The notes under the pieces: model-generated | What the model saw: only the letters and a program-made list of their open reading frames with translations | Told to the model about the DNA's origin: nothing | Database searches by the model: none | Position numbers and translations under genes: made by a program | Shown: positions 1-10,920 of the stretch, piece after piece | How positions within the stretch are numbered: position 1 is the stretch's first letter | Layout: each line of letters starts with the position of its first letter | Source of the DNA: an uncultured Nitrospiraceae bacterium | GTDB lineage: Bacteria; Nitrospirota; Nitrospiria; Nitrospirales; Nitrospiraceae | Direction of reading: 5' to 3' | Length of the DNA: 64,000 nt | NCBI GenBank assembly: GCA_963730935.1 | Contig: CAVSTP010000002.1 | Location: 864,001-928,000 of the forward strand

Positions 1-150
1 GAACACTTCGCAGCTCGGACAGGCGCCAAGATGCCGGCGAAACTCGGCGCAAATATCTTCGGGCAGCTCGTCATCGATGTAGGCAGACAATTGGCGAAGA
101 ATGTCCAGGCACCGCCGTTCATCGTGCTCGTGCGCTTTTTTTCTGCTCAT
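1..150 (-). CDS. Zinc-binding anti-sigma factor (zf-HC2/ZAS), N-terminal part, runs off window edge
   Basis: Hand translation MSRKKAHEHDERRCLDILRQLSAYIDDELPEDICAEFRRHLGACPSCEVF has the HxxxCxxC motif; its ATG overlaps the sigma stop (ATGA). Confidence 0.85.
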   Translation of the reverse strand, partial: MSRKKAHEHDERRCLDILRQLSAYIDDELPEDICAEFRRHLGACPSCEVF

Positions 151-764
151 GACCCGGTCTCCCTCGGTCGCCAGCCTGCGTGCGAATGACGATCGTCTTG
201 CGCCATCCCGCGCGCGCTCAACTCGCGTCTGACGAACAGTCGCGCCCGATGAAGTCTCGATTTCACCGCTCGCTCGCTCAATCCCATGATGGCACTTGCT
301 TCTCCCGCAGACAGACCTTCCATATCTCTCAGCACCAGCGCCATACGGTATTTCTTGGGCAGTTTGTTGATGGCCTGTTCGAGCGCCTGGCGCAGTTCCT
401 TGTTCTCGAGCGCCTGCTGGGGCGACAACCCGTCGATCGGAATCTGTAGGCGAAACTCACCCTCTGAATTGGGGACAAACTCATCGAGTGAAAGCTCACG
501 TTCAGGCGCTCCTTTGCGCTTTCGGCGCATGCGCAGGCACGCACGGGAGGCGATGGTGTAGAGCCATGTGGAAATCTTGGCATCGCCGCGAAACTGTCGG
601 TGCCCTCGATAGGCATTTAAAAACGTTTCTTGAACTAAGTCCTTTGCCGCCTCAGGTTCGCCGCACAGCCGATGTGCATAGCGGTACACTAGATCGACAT
701 GCTCTCGGTACAGCTTATCAAACACTTCAGGGGATTGTGGAGGACGAGGAGCGGGGCGTGCCAT
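147..764 (-). CDS. ECF (sigma-70 family) RNA polymerase sigma factor
   Basis: AKDLVQETFL and STWLYTIA (region 2); VKSRLHRAR (region 4). Confidence 0.93.
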   Translation of the reverse strand: MARPAPRPPQSPEVFDKLYREHVDLVYRYAHRLCGEPEAAKDLVQETFLNAYRGHRQFRGDAKISTWLYTIASRACLRMRRKRKGAPERELSLDEFVPNSEGEFRLQIPIDGLSPQQALENKELRQALEQAINKLPKKYRMALVLRDMEGLSAGEASAIMGLSERAVKSRLHRARLFVRRELSARGMAQDDRHSHAGWRPRETGS

Positions 765-816
765 GGTCAGGCGAGTCTAGGGAGTGAAGGGCGACCCTGT
801 CAAACTCAGACCAGCG

Positions 817-1704
817 TTAGGCCGCCGGCTTGGTGGCTTTGCGCACCTCGACCGTGACGCGGCCATCATCGATATGCAGGGTCAGGGATTGTCCGACTTT
901 CACGGGAGGGATGCCGATCTTGGCGTTGGCCATCACGACGCCGACGGGGGTCCTGAAGAAGACGAAGTTGGATTTTGTCTTGGACACTGCACCGGAGAGG
1001 AGCACGTGAGCGGGCGATCCTGAAGGCGGCGCCTGACTGATCTGTAAATCAAATTGCAAATCATGAACGCCAATGATGGTTTGGGACTCATCGACTTCCA
1101 CGGTCACCTGGTCGCCTTCATGGTACGTGCCGAGCTTCGCTTCCTGCGTTCCGTAGTGTACGGTCTGTTCGCCCTCGGCGGCCCAGTAGCGCAGGGTTTT
1201 CGACGAATCCGGCCCGGGCGTCATCGGTCCGCCAAGATACCGGTGGACGAGCGACCCGTCGTTTCGGCGGCGGATCTCAACGACGAGATGGCGTTCGTGC
1301 ACCCAGAACGAGACCTCGTGCGAGGCTTTCAAATCTTTTAACGTGGTTTTCGAGCTGAGCGTCAACAGGCCGACTGGCGTTTTGAGAAAGACAATGCCGG
1401 ACTTGGTCCGCCAGACCGCGCCTTTCAGCGTAACGGAGGGATCAACTTCCACCGGTTCTGCATCGGGTGATGGTTGAGACTCCGTCTCCGGCGTTTGTGC
1501 GGGCGCAGCGGGGTCACTGGCCTGGGGCGGTTCCGCGGCTGCTCCGAGGCTGTAAAGCATTCCGACGGCGATGGCGGTTGCCAGGCAAGACCGTCGAAGC
1601 AAAGAGCGCCAGCGCGTATCTCGAGCAGGACAATTCATATGAGTGGACGCAAAAAATTGTTCATGTCGGCGGGGGGCCGCCCCGCGGTCCTGGGACTTAA
1701 CCAT
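817..1704 (-). CDS. Hypothetical exported protein (start uncertain)
   Basis: Long ORF with signal-peptide-like segment, Pro-rich linker and repeated VFLKTPVG/VFFRTPVG motif. Confidence 0.65.
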   Translation of the reverse strand: MVKSQDRGAAPRRHEQFFASTHMNCPARDTRWRSLLRRSCLATAIAVGMLYSLGAAAEPPQASDPAAPAQTPETESQPSPDAEPVEVDPSVTLKGAVWRTKSGIVFLKTPVGLLTLSSKTTLKDLKASHEVSFWVHERHLVVEIRRRNDGSLVHRYLGGPMTPGPDSSKTLRYWAAEGEQTVHYGTQEAKLGTYHEGDQVTVEVDESQTIIGVHDLQFDLQISQAPPSGSPAHVLLSGAVSKTKSNFVFFRTPVGVVMANAKIGIPPVKVGQSLTLHIDDGRVTVEVRKATKPAA

Positions 1705-1749
1705 GATGATGTGGAGGAGTCAAGCCGAAAGCCGCTTCACAGGGTCCGG

Positions 1750-3105
1750 CTACTTTTTTCTGACGAGAAGGCGCATGGGCGTACCCGAAAATCCGTAGGT
1801 CTCGCGGATTTGGTTCTCAAGGAAGCGAAGATAGGCAGCGGTGATATTCTCCGGATGGCCGACGAAGAGCGCAAAGACCGGAGGGTGGACCGCGACTTGG
1901 GTCATGAACGCGGAGGTCGTGATTTGCGCGGGCTTCCCTTTACGGGACGGCAAGGGATGAACGGCGAGAATATTCTGCAGGAACTGATTGAGTTGTCCGG
2001 TCGGGATACGGGTTGAATATGACGCGTACACCTGGTCGATCAAGGGAAACAGGCGCCGCACGGAATCGGGCTTCACCGCCGCGCCGAACAGGACCGGTGC
2101 CCAGGCCAGGAACGGGAAGCGCCGCTTGAGGTCTTTTTCAAACGTTTGCCGCGCCTGCGCTTCGCCTTGGCGCAGATCCCATTTGTTCACCAACAGGATG
2201 CAGGCGCGGCCCTGCCGAATCACAATGCCGGCGATCTTGGTGTCTTGCTCGGTGATCCCTTCCTGCGCGTCGAGCAGGAGCACGGCCACATCCGATCGCC
2301 CGATTGCCCGCAGCGAACGCGCCACACTGTAGCCTTCAATCCCGCGATCGATTTTCCCTCTCCGCCGGATGCCGGCGGTATCCGTCAACCGATAGCGGCG
2401 CTCTTCGTAAGTTACCAGCGAGTCAATAGCATCCCTGGTCGTCCCTGGTACGTCGCTGACGACCGCCCGTTCCTCGCCCAGCACCGCATTAAGAAGCGTA
2501 GACTTGCCCACATTCGGCCGGCCGACGATCGCGATTCTGGGCATGGCGGCGGGTGCCGAAGCTTCCTCGGAGGAGGGGAGGAGAGCGTACATCGCATCGA
2601 GCAGTTCGGCCACGCCGAGGCCATGCTCAGCCGAGATGGGGTACATCTGCTCCACGCCAAGCTGATAGAAGTCCGCAACCAGCGTCTCCACCTTCGGCGT
2701 ATCAATCTTGTTGACGGCCACCAACAGGGGCTTCGTTGTCCCCCGCAATAGGCGGACGACTTCCAGGTCCTGCGGCATCACACCAGTCCGGCCGTCCATC
2801 AGCAGCACCAGGATATCGGCTTCGGCAATCGCCAGTTCAGACTGGCGTTTGATCAGGGCCATCATGCCTTCCGAGGCGGAAGGTTCCAGCCCTCCGGTAT
2901 CGACAAGCCGAAACTGCCGGTTCCGGTAATTGGCCTCCGAATAGTTCCGATCTCGTGTGACGCCAGGCACGTCGTCGACAATCGCCGTTTTCTTTCCCAG
3001 AATGCGGTTGAAGAGGGTCGATTTACCAACATTCGGCCGGCCGATGATGGCAACAGTGGGCAAGGGGGCCGAGAACTCGATAGGGAGCGTCGATGGTGTG
3101 GGCAT
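1750..3105 (-). CDS. der: Ribosome biogenesis GTPase Der (EngA)
   Basis: Two [10 protein letters not shown]-loops, DTGG/DTAG, NKID/NKWD. Confidence 0.97.
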   Translation of the reverse strand: MPTPSTLPIEFSAPLPTVAIIGRPNVGKSTLFNRILGKKTAIVDDVPGVTRDRNYSEANYRNRQFRLVDTGGLEPSASEGMMALIKRQSELAIAEADILVLLMDGRTGVMPQDLEVVRLLRGTTKPLLVAVNKIDTPKVETLVADFYQLGVEQMYPISAEHGLGVAELLDAMYALLPSSEEASAPAAMPRIAIVGRPNVGKSTLLNAVLGEERAVVSDVPGTTRDAIDSLVTYEERRYRLTDTAGIRRRGKIDRGIEGYSVARSLRAIGRSDVAVLLLDAQEGITEQDTKIAGIVIRQGRACILLVNKWDLRQGEAQARQTFEKDLKRRFPFLAWAPVLFGAAVKPDSVRRLFPLIDQVYASYSTRIPTGQLNQFLQNILAVHPLPSRKGKPAQITTSAFMTQVAVHPPVFALFVGHPENITAAYLRFLENQIRETYGFSGTPMRLLVRKK

Positions 3106-3202
3106 AAGATGTCGATCGAAACCGTGGGTTGGGACCGTAACATAGCGTTTTTCTCAAACACAACCTACCTCGTGTTCCGCTCGCCGCTTCGATATACTCT
3201 GC

Positions 3203-3898
3203 GTGATGAGTCAGCACCCCGCACCAGGTACTTCGTCCGTTCTCAATTGGGATCGCATCGATGATGTCCTGATCGATATGGACGGGACGTTGCTTGACCG
3301 CCACTTCGACAACTTTTTCTTCGAAGAAGAGCTGCCCCGCCGCTACGCGGTCATGCACGGGCTGTCTTTCGAAGCGTCACGTGATCGGTTGATGGCAATG
3401 TACCGGTCGGTGGAAGGGGAGCTGGCCTGGACCGACTTGGATTACTGGAGCGGCCGCGTCGGCATCGATGTGGTCGCCATGCACCGGGAATTGCAGCATC
3501 TGATCGGCTTTCTGCCGGGTGCCGAAGACTTCTTAAGAGCCGTGCGCACCAAAGGCAAGCGTCTGATCGTGCTGACGAACGCCCATGAGGCAGGTGTCGC
3601 CGTCAAATCCGCCAGAACAGGTCTTGACCGCTATGTGGATCGGATCGTCGATGCGTTTGAAGTGGGCTACCTCAAGATGAGGCCGGAATACTGGCCGGCG
3701 TGCCGCAGGTTGGTTGGATTCGATCCGAGCCGCTCTCTCTATGTTGACGACGACGAGACGTGTCTGGCTGCTGCTAGCCACTACGGCATCGCCACCATTA
3801 TCCATAGCGCGAAATCCAGCTCTCAGTTGCCTCCTGTACAGTCTTCCAAATTCGCTTCAGTCGAGCACCTGCCCGCACTGTTGAACGGCAGGCGCTGA
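3203..3898 (+). CDS. HAD-family hydrolase (YrfG-like nucleotidase)
   Basis: DMDGTLLD motif I, LTNAH, K motif III, YVDDD motif IV. Confidence 0.85.
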   Translation: MMSQHPAPGTSSVLNWDRIDDVLIDMDGTLLDRHFDNFFFEEELPRRYAVMHGLSFEASRDRLMAMYRSVEGELAWTDLDYWSGRVGIDVVAMHRELQHLIGFLPGAEDFLRAVRTKGKRLIVLTNAHEAGVAVKSARTGLDRYVDRIVDAFEVGYLKMRPEYWPACRRLVGFDPSRSLYVDDDETCLAAASHYGIATIIHSAKSSSQLPPVQSSKFASVEHLPALLNGRR

Positions 3899-4083
3899 GC
3901 GTCTTCCGTTCAGCCACCGTTCCCTGACGCGGCATGCTCTTGATACATTTCACCCGCGACGAGCGACGCGCGAGAGGCTCGTGCGTGGCCAACAGTTGCC
4001 CCGATGGCCACTCCTCGTATCCTTGTTGGGGCTTTCCTGCCTGTGTTAGATTCGCTGGTTATCAAAAGCCGCTGCGTACATCC

Positions 4084-6519
4084 ATGAGCAAAACCTACGA
4101 TCATCACGCCATTGAGGTGAAGTGGCAGGCCTATTGGGAAGAACACCGCCCGTTCCGGGCGGTCGAGGATGCCACCAAGCCCAAGTTTTACTGTCTCGAC
4201 ATGTTCCCGTATCCCTCCGGCTCGGGTCTGCATGTCGGTCATCTGGAAGGGTATACGGCGACAGACATCGTGTCGCGCTACAAACGCATGAAGGGCTTTA
4301 ACGTCCTTCATCCGATGGGATGGGACGCCTTCGGGTTGCCGGCTGAACAGTATGCAGTGAAGACCGGCATCCATCCCGCCATGACGACCGCTCAGAACAT
4401 CGCGACATTTAAGCGGCAGATGAAGCGCGTCGGGCTGTCTTATGACTGGGAGCGCGAACTCAGTACGACCGACCATGACTACTACCGCTGGACACAATGG
4501 ATTTTCCTGCAACTGTTCAAACGGGGGCTGGCGTATGTGGCGGAAGTGCCGGTGAACTGGTGCCCGGCGCTGGGGACCGTTCTCGCGAATGAGGAGATCG
4601 TCGACGGGAAAAGCGAAGTCGGGGGCTTCGATGTCGTCCGTAAGCCCATGCGCCAGTGGGTGCTGAAGATCACCGCCTATGCGGACAGGTTGCTGGATGA
4701 TCTGTCGCTGGTCCAGTGGCCGACCAGCACACTGGAGATGCAGAAGAACTGGATCGGCAGGTCGATCGGCGCCGAAGTCGAATTTAGCCTTGCGGGAATC
4801 CACGGGACGATTCGAATTTTCACCACGCGACCGGATACCCTCTTCGGTGCCACCTATATGGTGTTAGCGCCGGAGCATCCGCTCGTCGACGCCGTGACCG
4901 CGCCTGCCCGGCGGGAGGCCGTGGAGGCGTACCGCCAGGCAGCCGCGCGGAAAAGCGATCTACAGCGGCAGGAATTGGAGAAAGAGAAGACAGGTGTGTT
5001 CACAGGCGGCTACGCCGTGAATCCCGTGAATGACGAGCGGCTGCCCATCTGGATCGCCGACTATGTCCTGCTGGGTTACGGCACCGGCGCGATCATGGCC
5101 GTTCCAGCGCACGATGCGCGTGACTGGGCGTTCGCTAAAACGTATTCCTTGCCGATTCGCGAGGTGATTGCGGGCGGCGATGTCGAAAAGGAAGCCTTTG
5201 TCGAGACCGAGCAAGGCACGGTGATCAACTCCACGACGCCAGACGGGCGTTTTTCCATCGACGGCCTGGCACCGGTCGATGCGATTCCGAAGATCACGGC
5301 CTGGCTCGAAACCATCCGCAAGGGCCGGAAGTCCGTCAATTACAAACTCCGCGACTGGCTGTTCGCCCGACAGCGTTACTGGGGTGAACCGTTCCCCATC
5401 GTCTGGGTCGACGGCGTGCCTAAGCCATTGCCTGAGGAGCAATTGCCGCTCGTGCTACCCGAAACCACGAATTTCACGCCGTCAGGGAATGGCGAGAGCC
5501 CGCTGGCAAACCTGGAGGATTGGCTCTCGACGACAGACCCCACCACAGGCAAACCGGCGCGTCGCGAAACGAACACCATGCCTCAATGGGCCGGGTCCTG
5601 CTGGTACTACCTCCGTTTTATCGACCCGAAAAACGCCCGCCGACTGGTCGATCCTTCCAAGGAGCAGTACTGGATGCCAGTTGATTTGTATATCGGCGGC
5701 AGCGAGCATGCCGTCCTGCACCTCTTGTATTCCCGATTCTGGCACAAGGTGCTCTACGACATCGGCGTCGTTACCACCCCGGAACCCTTCAAAAAGCTCG
5801 TGCATCAGGGCATCGTCCTCGGGGAGGATAATCAGAAGATGTCCAAGTCCCGGGGCAACGTCGTCAATCCCGATGACATGATTGACCGGTTCGGCGCGGA
5901 TGCAGTGCGGCTCTATGAGATGTTCATGGGACCGTTGGAAGCGATGAAACCCTGGAGCACGCGCGGGGTCGAAGGGGTGACCCGCTTTCTGGAACGAGTG
6001 TGGCGCCTGATGGTGAATGAAGAGGGCCGGCTATCCGCCGCGATCGTGTCCTCGGCTCCCAGTCTTGAGCACCAACGGATTCTTCATCAGACCATCAAAA
6101 AAGTGACGGAGGATATCGAACATCTCCGGTTCAACACGGCCATTTCGCAGATGATGGTCTTTACCAATGAGATGACAAAACTCGAACAACGGCCGCGGAG
6201 TTTGATCGAACCGTTTGTGCTTCTCTTATCACCCTTCGCTCCGCATATCACGGAAGAGTTGTGGGCGCTACTTGGGCATCATCCGAGCATTTCACAGCAG
6301 CCTTGGCCGGAGTTTGATCCGGCGCTGACGGTCAGCGATCGCTTGACGATTCCCGTACAGATCAACGGCAAACTGCGCGGAAGGATCGAGGTCGGCGCCA
6401 ATGCCGGACGCCAAGAGATTGAGGCCCTTGCCCGGCAGGAAGCCGGAGAATGGCTTCAAGGAAAAGAGCCGAAAAAGATCGTCTATGTGGAAAAGAAGCT
6501 GGTTAATTTTGTGGTGTGA
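4084..6519 (+). CDS. leuS: Leucine--tRNA ligase
   Basis: [14 protein letters not shown] and KMSKS; start placed at MSKTYDH. Confidence 0.97.
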   Translation: MSKTYDHHAIEVKWQAYWEEHRPFRAVEDATKPKFYCLDMFPYPSGSGLHVGHLEGYTATDIVSRYKRMKGFNVLHPMGWDAFGLPAEQYAVKTGIHPAMTTAQNIATFKRQMKRVGLSYDWERELSTTDHDYYRWTQWIFLQLFKRGLAYVAEVPVNWCPALGTVLANEEIVDGKSEVGGFDVVRKPMRQWVLKITAYADRLLDDLSLVQWPTSTLEMQKNWIGRSIGAEVEFSLAGIHGTIRIFTTRPDTLFGATYMVLAPEHPLVDAVTAPARREAVEAYRQAAARKSDLQRQELEKEKTGVFTGGYAVNPVNDERLPIWIADYVLLGYGTGAIMAVPAHDARDWAFAKTYSLPIREVIAGGDVEKEAFVETEQGTVINSTTPDGRFSIDGLAPVDAIPKITAWLETIRKGRKSVNYKLRDWLFARQRYWGEPFPIVWVDGVPKPLPEEQLPLVLPETTNFTPSGNGESPLANLEDWLSTTDPTTGKPARRETNTMPQWAGSCWYYLRFIDPKNARRLVDPSKEQYWMPVDLYIGGSEHAVLHLLYSRFWHKVLYDIGVVTTPEPFKKLVHQGIVLGEDNQKMSKSRGNVVNPDDMIDRFGADAVRLYEMFMGPLEAMKPWSTRGVEGVTRFLERVWRLMVNEEGRLSAAIVSSAPSLEHQRILHQTIKKVTEDIEHLRFNTAISQMMVFTNEMTKLEQRPRSLIEPFVLLLSPFAPHITEELWALLGHHPSISQQPWPEFDPALTVSDRLTIPVQINGKLRGRIEVGANAGRQEIEALARQEAGEWLQGKEPKKIVYVEKKLVNFVV

Positions 6520-6528
6520 CACCAAGAA

Positions 6529-7167
6529 ATGAGCTTACACATCGGCAATCATCAGTGGAGTTTCACAAGGCAATGGTTCTGCTCGTTCCTGTGTTTCTTG
6601 TTGTCCCTCTCGGCCGGCTGCGGGTACCAGTTTCGCGTGGAAGGCCCTGGTCCCACGATCGGAGGTACCACCTCGGAAGCTTCATCGGTTCCTCCTCCAC
6701 GCGTGGTAATCCGCACATTGCGGAATGCCACATTCGAACCCAATCTGGAGACGCGGTACACCAATTACCTCCGGCACGAGTTTGCGTCAGGCAGCGGTGC
6801 GCAGGTCGTTCCCGAGGGGGATGCTGCGGATCTTGTCGTATCGGGTGACATCCTCTCGGTGGTCCTCCCGACCCTGAGTTTTACCCAAACCACGACCTTG
6901 GAAAGCCGGGCCGAAGTCGTCGTCGCTGTGAGAGTCGAGGAAACTAGGACGAAACGTCTGGTGTGGTCACATCTTGCAAAGGGAGCATCGGAATTCTTTG
7001 TGACGACGGATCTGCAATTTAATCGCGTGCTGCAGAACCGGGCGTTGGAGCAAGCGGGACGATACATTGCTGAGGATCTCGCGTCGCGCTTTCTCATGCA
7101 GTTGGAATCCGGCCGCTTGACGAAACCCGTGGCCAATGCCCCGGACGCATCGGTGCAGAAGCCCTGA
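6529..7167 (+). CDS. lptE: LptE-family LPS assembly lipoprotein
   Basis: Lipobox SAGCGY; leuS-lptE-holA synteny. Confidence 0.8.
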   Translation: MSLHIGNHQWSFTRQWFCSFLCFLLSLSAGCGYQFRVEGPGPTIGGTTSEASSVPPPRVVIRTLRNATFEPNLETRYTNYLRHEFASGSGAQVVPEGDAADLVVSGDILSVVLPTLSFTQTTTLESRAEVVVAVRVEETRTKRLVWSHLAKGASEFFVTTDLQFNRVLQNRALEQAGRYIAEDLASRFLMQLESGRLTKPVANAPDASVQKP

Positions 7168-7178
7168 AGGAACGTTCG

Positions 7179-8294
7179 ATGCCTCAGTCGATCAGCATGG
7201 CGCAGCTCGCTGCGCAGCTCAAGAAGGATGCCGTTGCTCCGCTGTACGCGTTAATCGGCGAGGAGGATCTGCTCAGAGACTCCGGACTGACGCTCATCAA
7301 GGAGGCGGTGCTTGGCGGAGACGGCAGCGACTTCAATAGCGATTTGTTCTACGGAGATGAGGCGGAGGGAAGCGCGATCGTCGCTTGCGCATCCGAGGTG
7401 GCGGTGTTTGCACCGCGTCGTCTGGTGGTTGTGAAAGCAGCGGATAAGCTCCCCGCGAAACACGTCGAAGCCTTACTCCCCTACCTCAAAGCTCCCAACG
7501 AGTCCACGACGATGGTGTTCGCTGCGGCGAAGCTGGATGGGCGGCTGAAATTCACACAGCTACTCACACAGACGGCCATTGTCGTCGATTGTGCCCCTCC
7601 CAGGGACTCGCAGGTGATGCCCTGGCTCAAGCAGGAGGCGGACCGACTCGGAATCCGGCTCGACGAAGAGGCGCTGCACCTGCTCAGGGAGGCTTGTGGC
7701 GGGTCGCTGTATGCGGTCAGGCATGAAATGGAAAAGTTGGCTTCGTATGTCCCCGAGGGTCGCGCCGTGTCCGGGGCCGATGTCGCAGCGTTACGAGGCA
7801 CTCAGCCGGGCGCATCGGTGTTTGATTTGGCTGCCGCGATCGGCGGTCGTCGGCGCGGTGCGGCGCTGGCCATTCTAGCGCGCAATCTTGAGGCCGGGGA
7901 GGCGCCATTGCGCATCCTCGGGTCTCTGGCGTGGCAATACCGCCGCCTCTGGAAGGTCAAAGATCTGTTGAAGCAGGCAGGACGTGAAGGTGAGGCTTCC
8001 AGATTGTTGCGGATGGATCCCTCCCAGATCCGACCCTTTCTCGGACAGTTTGCAGAATCACACTTGCGCGATGCCCTCGGACGGATCCTCGTCACCGACG
8101 GGAAACTCAAGGGTGGAAGCGGGGCGAGGCCGGAGATGCTGCTCGATCGACTTGTCCTTGAACTCTGCGACCGACCGCAGGAAGGAGAACGGAAACCGCC
8201 CGAGACGTCAGGTGTAGCGGCGTCCCGGACGAGACCCTTGTCGAATGTGCGGACGATTAGCGGGAAGCCGCCAACGAGTTCACGTGCCGGGTGA
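7179..8294 (+). CDS. holA: DNA polymerase III delta subunit
   Basis: YALIGEE, RRLVVVK, EMEKL, SVFDL motifs; synteny. Confidence 0.92.
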   Translation: MPQSISMAQLAAQLKKDAVAPLYALIGEEDLLRDSGLTLIKEAVLGGDGSDFNSDLFYGDEAEGSAIVACASEVAVFAPRRLVVVKAADKLPAKHVEALLPYLKAPNESTTMVFAAAKLDGRLKFTQLLTQTAIVVDCAPPRDSQVMPWLKQEADRLGIRLDEEALHLLREACGGSLYAVRHEMEKLASYVPEGRAVSGADVAALRGTQPGASVFDLAAAIGGRRRGAALAILARNLEAGEAPLRILGSLAWQYRRLWKVKDLLKQAGREGEASRLLRMDPSQIRPFLGQFAESHLRDALGRILVTDGKLKGGSGARPEMLLDRLVLELCDRPQEGERKPPETSGVAASRTRPLSNVRTISGKPPTSSRAG

Positions 8295-8532
8295 GTCTTG
8301 AGATGCGGCGGGACGCCGTATTGGGCTTCAAGACACCCTTGGTCACCGCCTTACTCAGCGCCGATGTGGCGATTTGTAAGGAGGTTTTGGCCTCGTCGAA
8401 CTTCTTATCGGCGATGGCGGTTTGAACCTTTTTCACCAGGCTTTTGACCGCGCTCAGCGCAGCACGGTTGCGGGCCTGGCGCTTTATTGCTTGGCGGGCG
8501 CGGCGAATCGTAGATTTGTGGATGACTGGCAT
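8257..8532 (-). CDS. rpsT: 30S ribosomal protein S20
   Basis: HKSTIRRARQ...KGVLKPNTASRRISRL. Confidence 0.95.
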   Translation of the reverse strand: MPVIHKSTIRRARQAIKRQARNRAALSAVKSLVKKVQTAIADKKFDEAKTSLQIATSALSKAVTKGVLKPNTASRRISRLTRHVNSLAASR

Positions 8533-8623
8533 AGCAAACTCCTGTACAAAAGGAACGCATTTGTAGCATAGGGTTCTGCGGATCGTCAAGGCGAACTCTA
8601 ATGGGTGGGGGAGGAACGTTTCA

Positions 8624-9334
8624 GTGAAAGTGATCGCGCGCGACCGGTTGATTTTGGCTCTTGATGTCCCGTCGGCAAATGAAGCTGAGCGACTGATGGA
8701 TCAAGTCCAAGACCAAGTCACCTTCGTCAAAGTGGGCCTCGAGCTGTTCACAGCGGCTGGGCCTGAAATGGTGCAGCGTCTCCTCAAACGGGGGAAGCGG
8801 GTGTTCCTCGACCTTAAATTTCTCGATATCGAGGAAACCGTCCGTCGGGCAACGGAACGCGTGGCTTCTATGGGTGTTGAGTTCCTGACGATCCATGCCA
8901 ATCGCAAAGCGCTCACGGCTGCGGTCAAGGGGCGCGGCGACTCCACCTTGAAGCTGCTGGCGGTGACCGTGCTGACGAATTTCGACAGTCATGACTTACG
9001 CGAGATGGGCATCCAGCATACGGTTCACGAATTGGTGACGGCGCGCGCGCTGCTTGCGGCCGAGGTCGGATGCGATGGCGTCGTGGCTTCAGGAGAGGAA
9101 CCGGGCGTGCTGAGACCGAAAGTCGGACCGCGCTTTCTCATCGTGACTCCCGGCGTCCGGCCAACCGGTAAGGATGTGGACGACCATGCGAGATCGACGA
9201 CGCCGACACAGACGATCGCGGCCGGCGCCGACTACCTTGTGATCGGCCGTCCCATCCGGGCCGCCTCTGATCCCGCCGCCGCCGCCGCCGTAATTTTAAG
9301 CGAGATGCAAGCGGCGTTCGATGCGAGAGGGTGA
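8624..9334 (+). CDS. pyrF: Orotidine-5'-phosphate decarboxylase
   Basis: ILALD, KVGLELF, DLKFLDI, VTPGVRP, VIGRPI. Confidence 0.95.
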   Translation: MKVIARDRLILALDVPSANEAERLMDQVQDQVTFVKVGLELFTAAGPEMVQRLLKRGKRVFLDLKFLDIEETVRRATERVASMGVEFLTIHANRKALTAAVKGRGDSTLKLLAVTVLTNFDSHDLREMGIQHTVHELVTARALLAAEVGCDGVVASGEEPGVLRPKVGPRFLIVTPGVRPTGKDVDDHARSTTPTQTIAAGADYLVIGRPIRAASDPAAAAAVILSEMQAAFDARG

Positions 9335-9418
9335 GAATAGACAAGTTGCGGCCCTTCTTTTCACTTTGCTAAGATCACTCTTCCGCCTGTAAGTGCTTGG
9401 TACCCTCGCTCCTTCAAT

Positions 9419-9496
9419 GGTGGGTGTAGCTCAGCTGGTTAGAGCGCCGGATTGTGGATCCGGAGGTCGCGGGTTCGAAACCCGTCATCCACCCCA
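9419..9496 (+). tRNA. tRNA-His(GTG)
   Basis: Cloverleaf: G-1, acceptor GTGGGTG/CATCCAC, anticodon arm CCGGA-TTGTGGA-TCCGG, T-loop TTCGAAA, C73 and encoded CCA. Confidence 0.97.
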
Positions 9497-9624
9497 GCAC
9501 TCCTTCTCGGTCTCTGCGGCTTTTCAATAGCGATGAATATGCTATATCCCTTCGCGACAAAGTCTCGTTTGCCTGCCTGTCCGAGTCTCTAATGTCGATA
9601 TCTCCACGAGAAAGTGAGGAGAAG

Positions 9625-10869
9625 ATGGAGGACAAAGAGCATGCGGCTTCACTCCCTGAACAAGTGGACGGTGCTCGGGCCAAAGCTCTACTGGACGAAA
9701 TCAGATCGCGAGGAATCCATGGAGTAGCCCAACTTCTCGCCCACGAATCCATAGCGACGATCGCGACGCTCTTGACTCTTCTCCCAGATGGCGATGCAGC
9801 GGCGCTTTTGCCCATGCTCGAAGCCGAACGCCGAACTGCAATCCTCAAGGCTGTTTTGCCGGCCACAAGAGGCCGGTGGCTCCACAATCCACAATACCCG
9901 GAAGGAACTGTTGGATATCTTATGGAACCAGTCGTGGCAACCTTCTCGCCTGAGACAACCGTTGGAGAGGCGGTGGACCGACTGAGACATCTGGTGAAGC
10001 GCGCGTTTATCACTTACGGCTACGTAGTCGACGAGCGGAATCGCCTTCTGGGAGTGCTGGTGATGCGGGAATTGCTGCTAGCCGAGGCACCGCGGATAGT
10101 ACGCGATCTCATGATCGAGCGTCCCTTTTCCTTAAATGCGATGCAGCTCTTACGCGAGGTCATTCCATTGGTCCATATCCGGCACTATCCGGAATACCCT
10201 GTGTGTGATGACGAAGGCCATCTCATCGGTCTTGTGCGGGGCTATGCGCTATTTCAGGAGCAAACACGTGAACTTGTCGCTCAGCCTGGGAAAATGGTGG
10301 GACTCGTGCGAGAGGAGCGCCTGCAGAGTAGTCCTTGGCGCAGCCTCTCGTTTCGACAGTCCTGGCTCCAGGTTAATTTATTGAGCAGCTTTGTCGCTGC
10401 TGGCGTAATCGGGTATTACGAAGAGGCGGTGACACAGGCCGTCGCAGTCGCTGCCTTTCTCCCTGTGATGGTTGGACAATCGGCCAGCACCGGAGGACAA
10501 GCGCTGGCGGTCGCTTTGCGCGGACTCACCCTTGGAGAGTTAAGCCTCAACCGATGGCCCACGCTTATCAACAAGGAAGCGGTAGTTGGCACGGCTAATG
10601 GTGCGCTGGTCGGGCTGACCGCCGCTCTTGGCATGTATGCCTATGCCACGTTCCATGGCCATGCAGAGGCGGTGAAACTTTCGTTGGTCATGCTTTTGGC
10701 CATGATTTTCTCTACGACGGTAAGTAGTGTGGTTGGGGCCGTAACACCGTTTCTGATGAAGCGCTCCGGTTTCGATCCGGCAACAGCGGCCACCATTATT
10801 GTCGGGGGCATTACGAGAATCGTCAGCATTCTCGCCTTCTTAGCGCTCACCCGATGGATCGTACTGTGA
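9625..10869 (+). CDS. MgtE-family magnesium transporter (CBS pair + membrane domain)
   Basis: YPEGTVGYLM, CBS motifs, WLQVNL, GFDPATAA; SD GAGGA before ATG 9625. Confidence 0.85.
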   Translation: MEDKEHAASLPEQVDGARAKALLDEIRSRGIHGVAQLLAHESIATIATLLTLLPDGDAAALLPMLEAERRTAILKAVLPATRGRWLHNPQYPEGTVGYLMEPVVATFSPETTVGEAVDRLRHLVKRAFITYGYVVDERNRLLGVLVMRELLLAEAPRIVRDLMIERPFSLNAMQLLREVIPLVHIRHYPEYPVCDDEGHLIGLVRGYALFQEQTRELVAQPGKMVGLVREERLQSSPWRSLSFRQSWLQVNLLSSFVAAGVIGYYEEAVTQAVAVAAFLPVMVGQSASTGGQALAVALRGLTLGELSLNRWPTLINKEAVVGTANGALVGLTAALGMYAYATFHGHAEAVKLSLVMLLAMIFSTTVSSVVGAVTPFLMKRSGFDPATAATIIVGGITRIVSILAFLALTRWIVL

Positions 10870-10920
10870 CGGAAACGATCTCGAGGCAACTGCTTGAGTT
10901 GAATGAAGGGCCTAGTTTCC

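Noticed and set aside
3934..4083. LeuS N-terminal extension
   Set aside because: Recognisable LeuRS begins at MSKTYDH (4084)
9454..9624. N-terminal extension of the MgtE ORF
   Set aside because: It starts at the tRNA anticodon GTG; ATG 9625 has a proper SD
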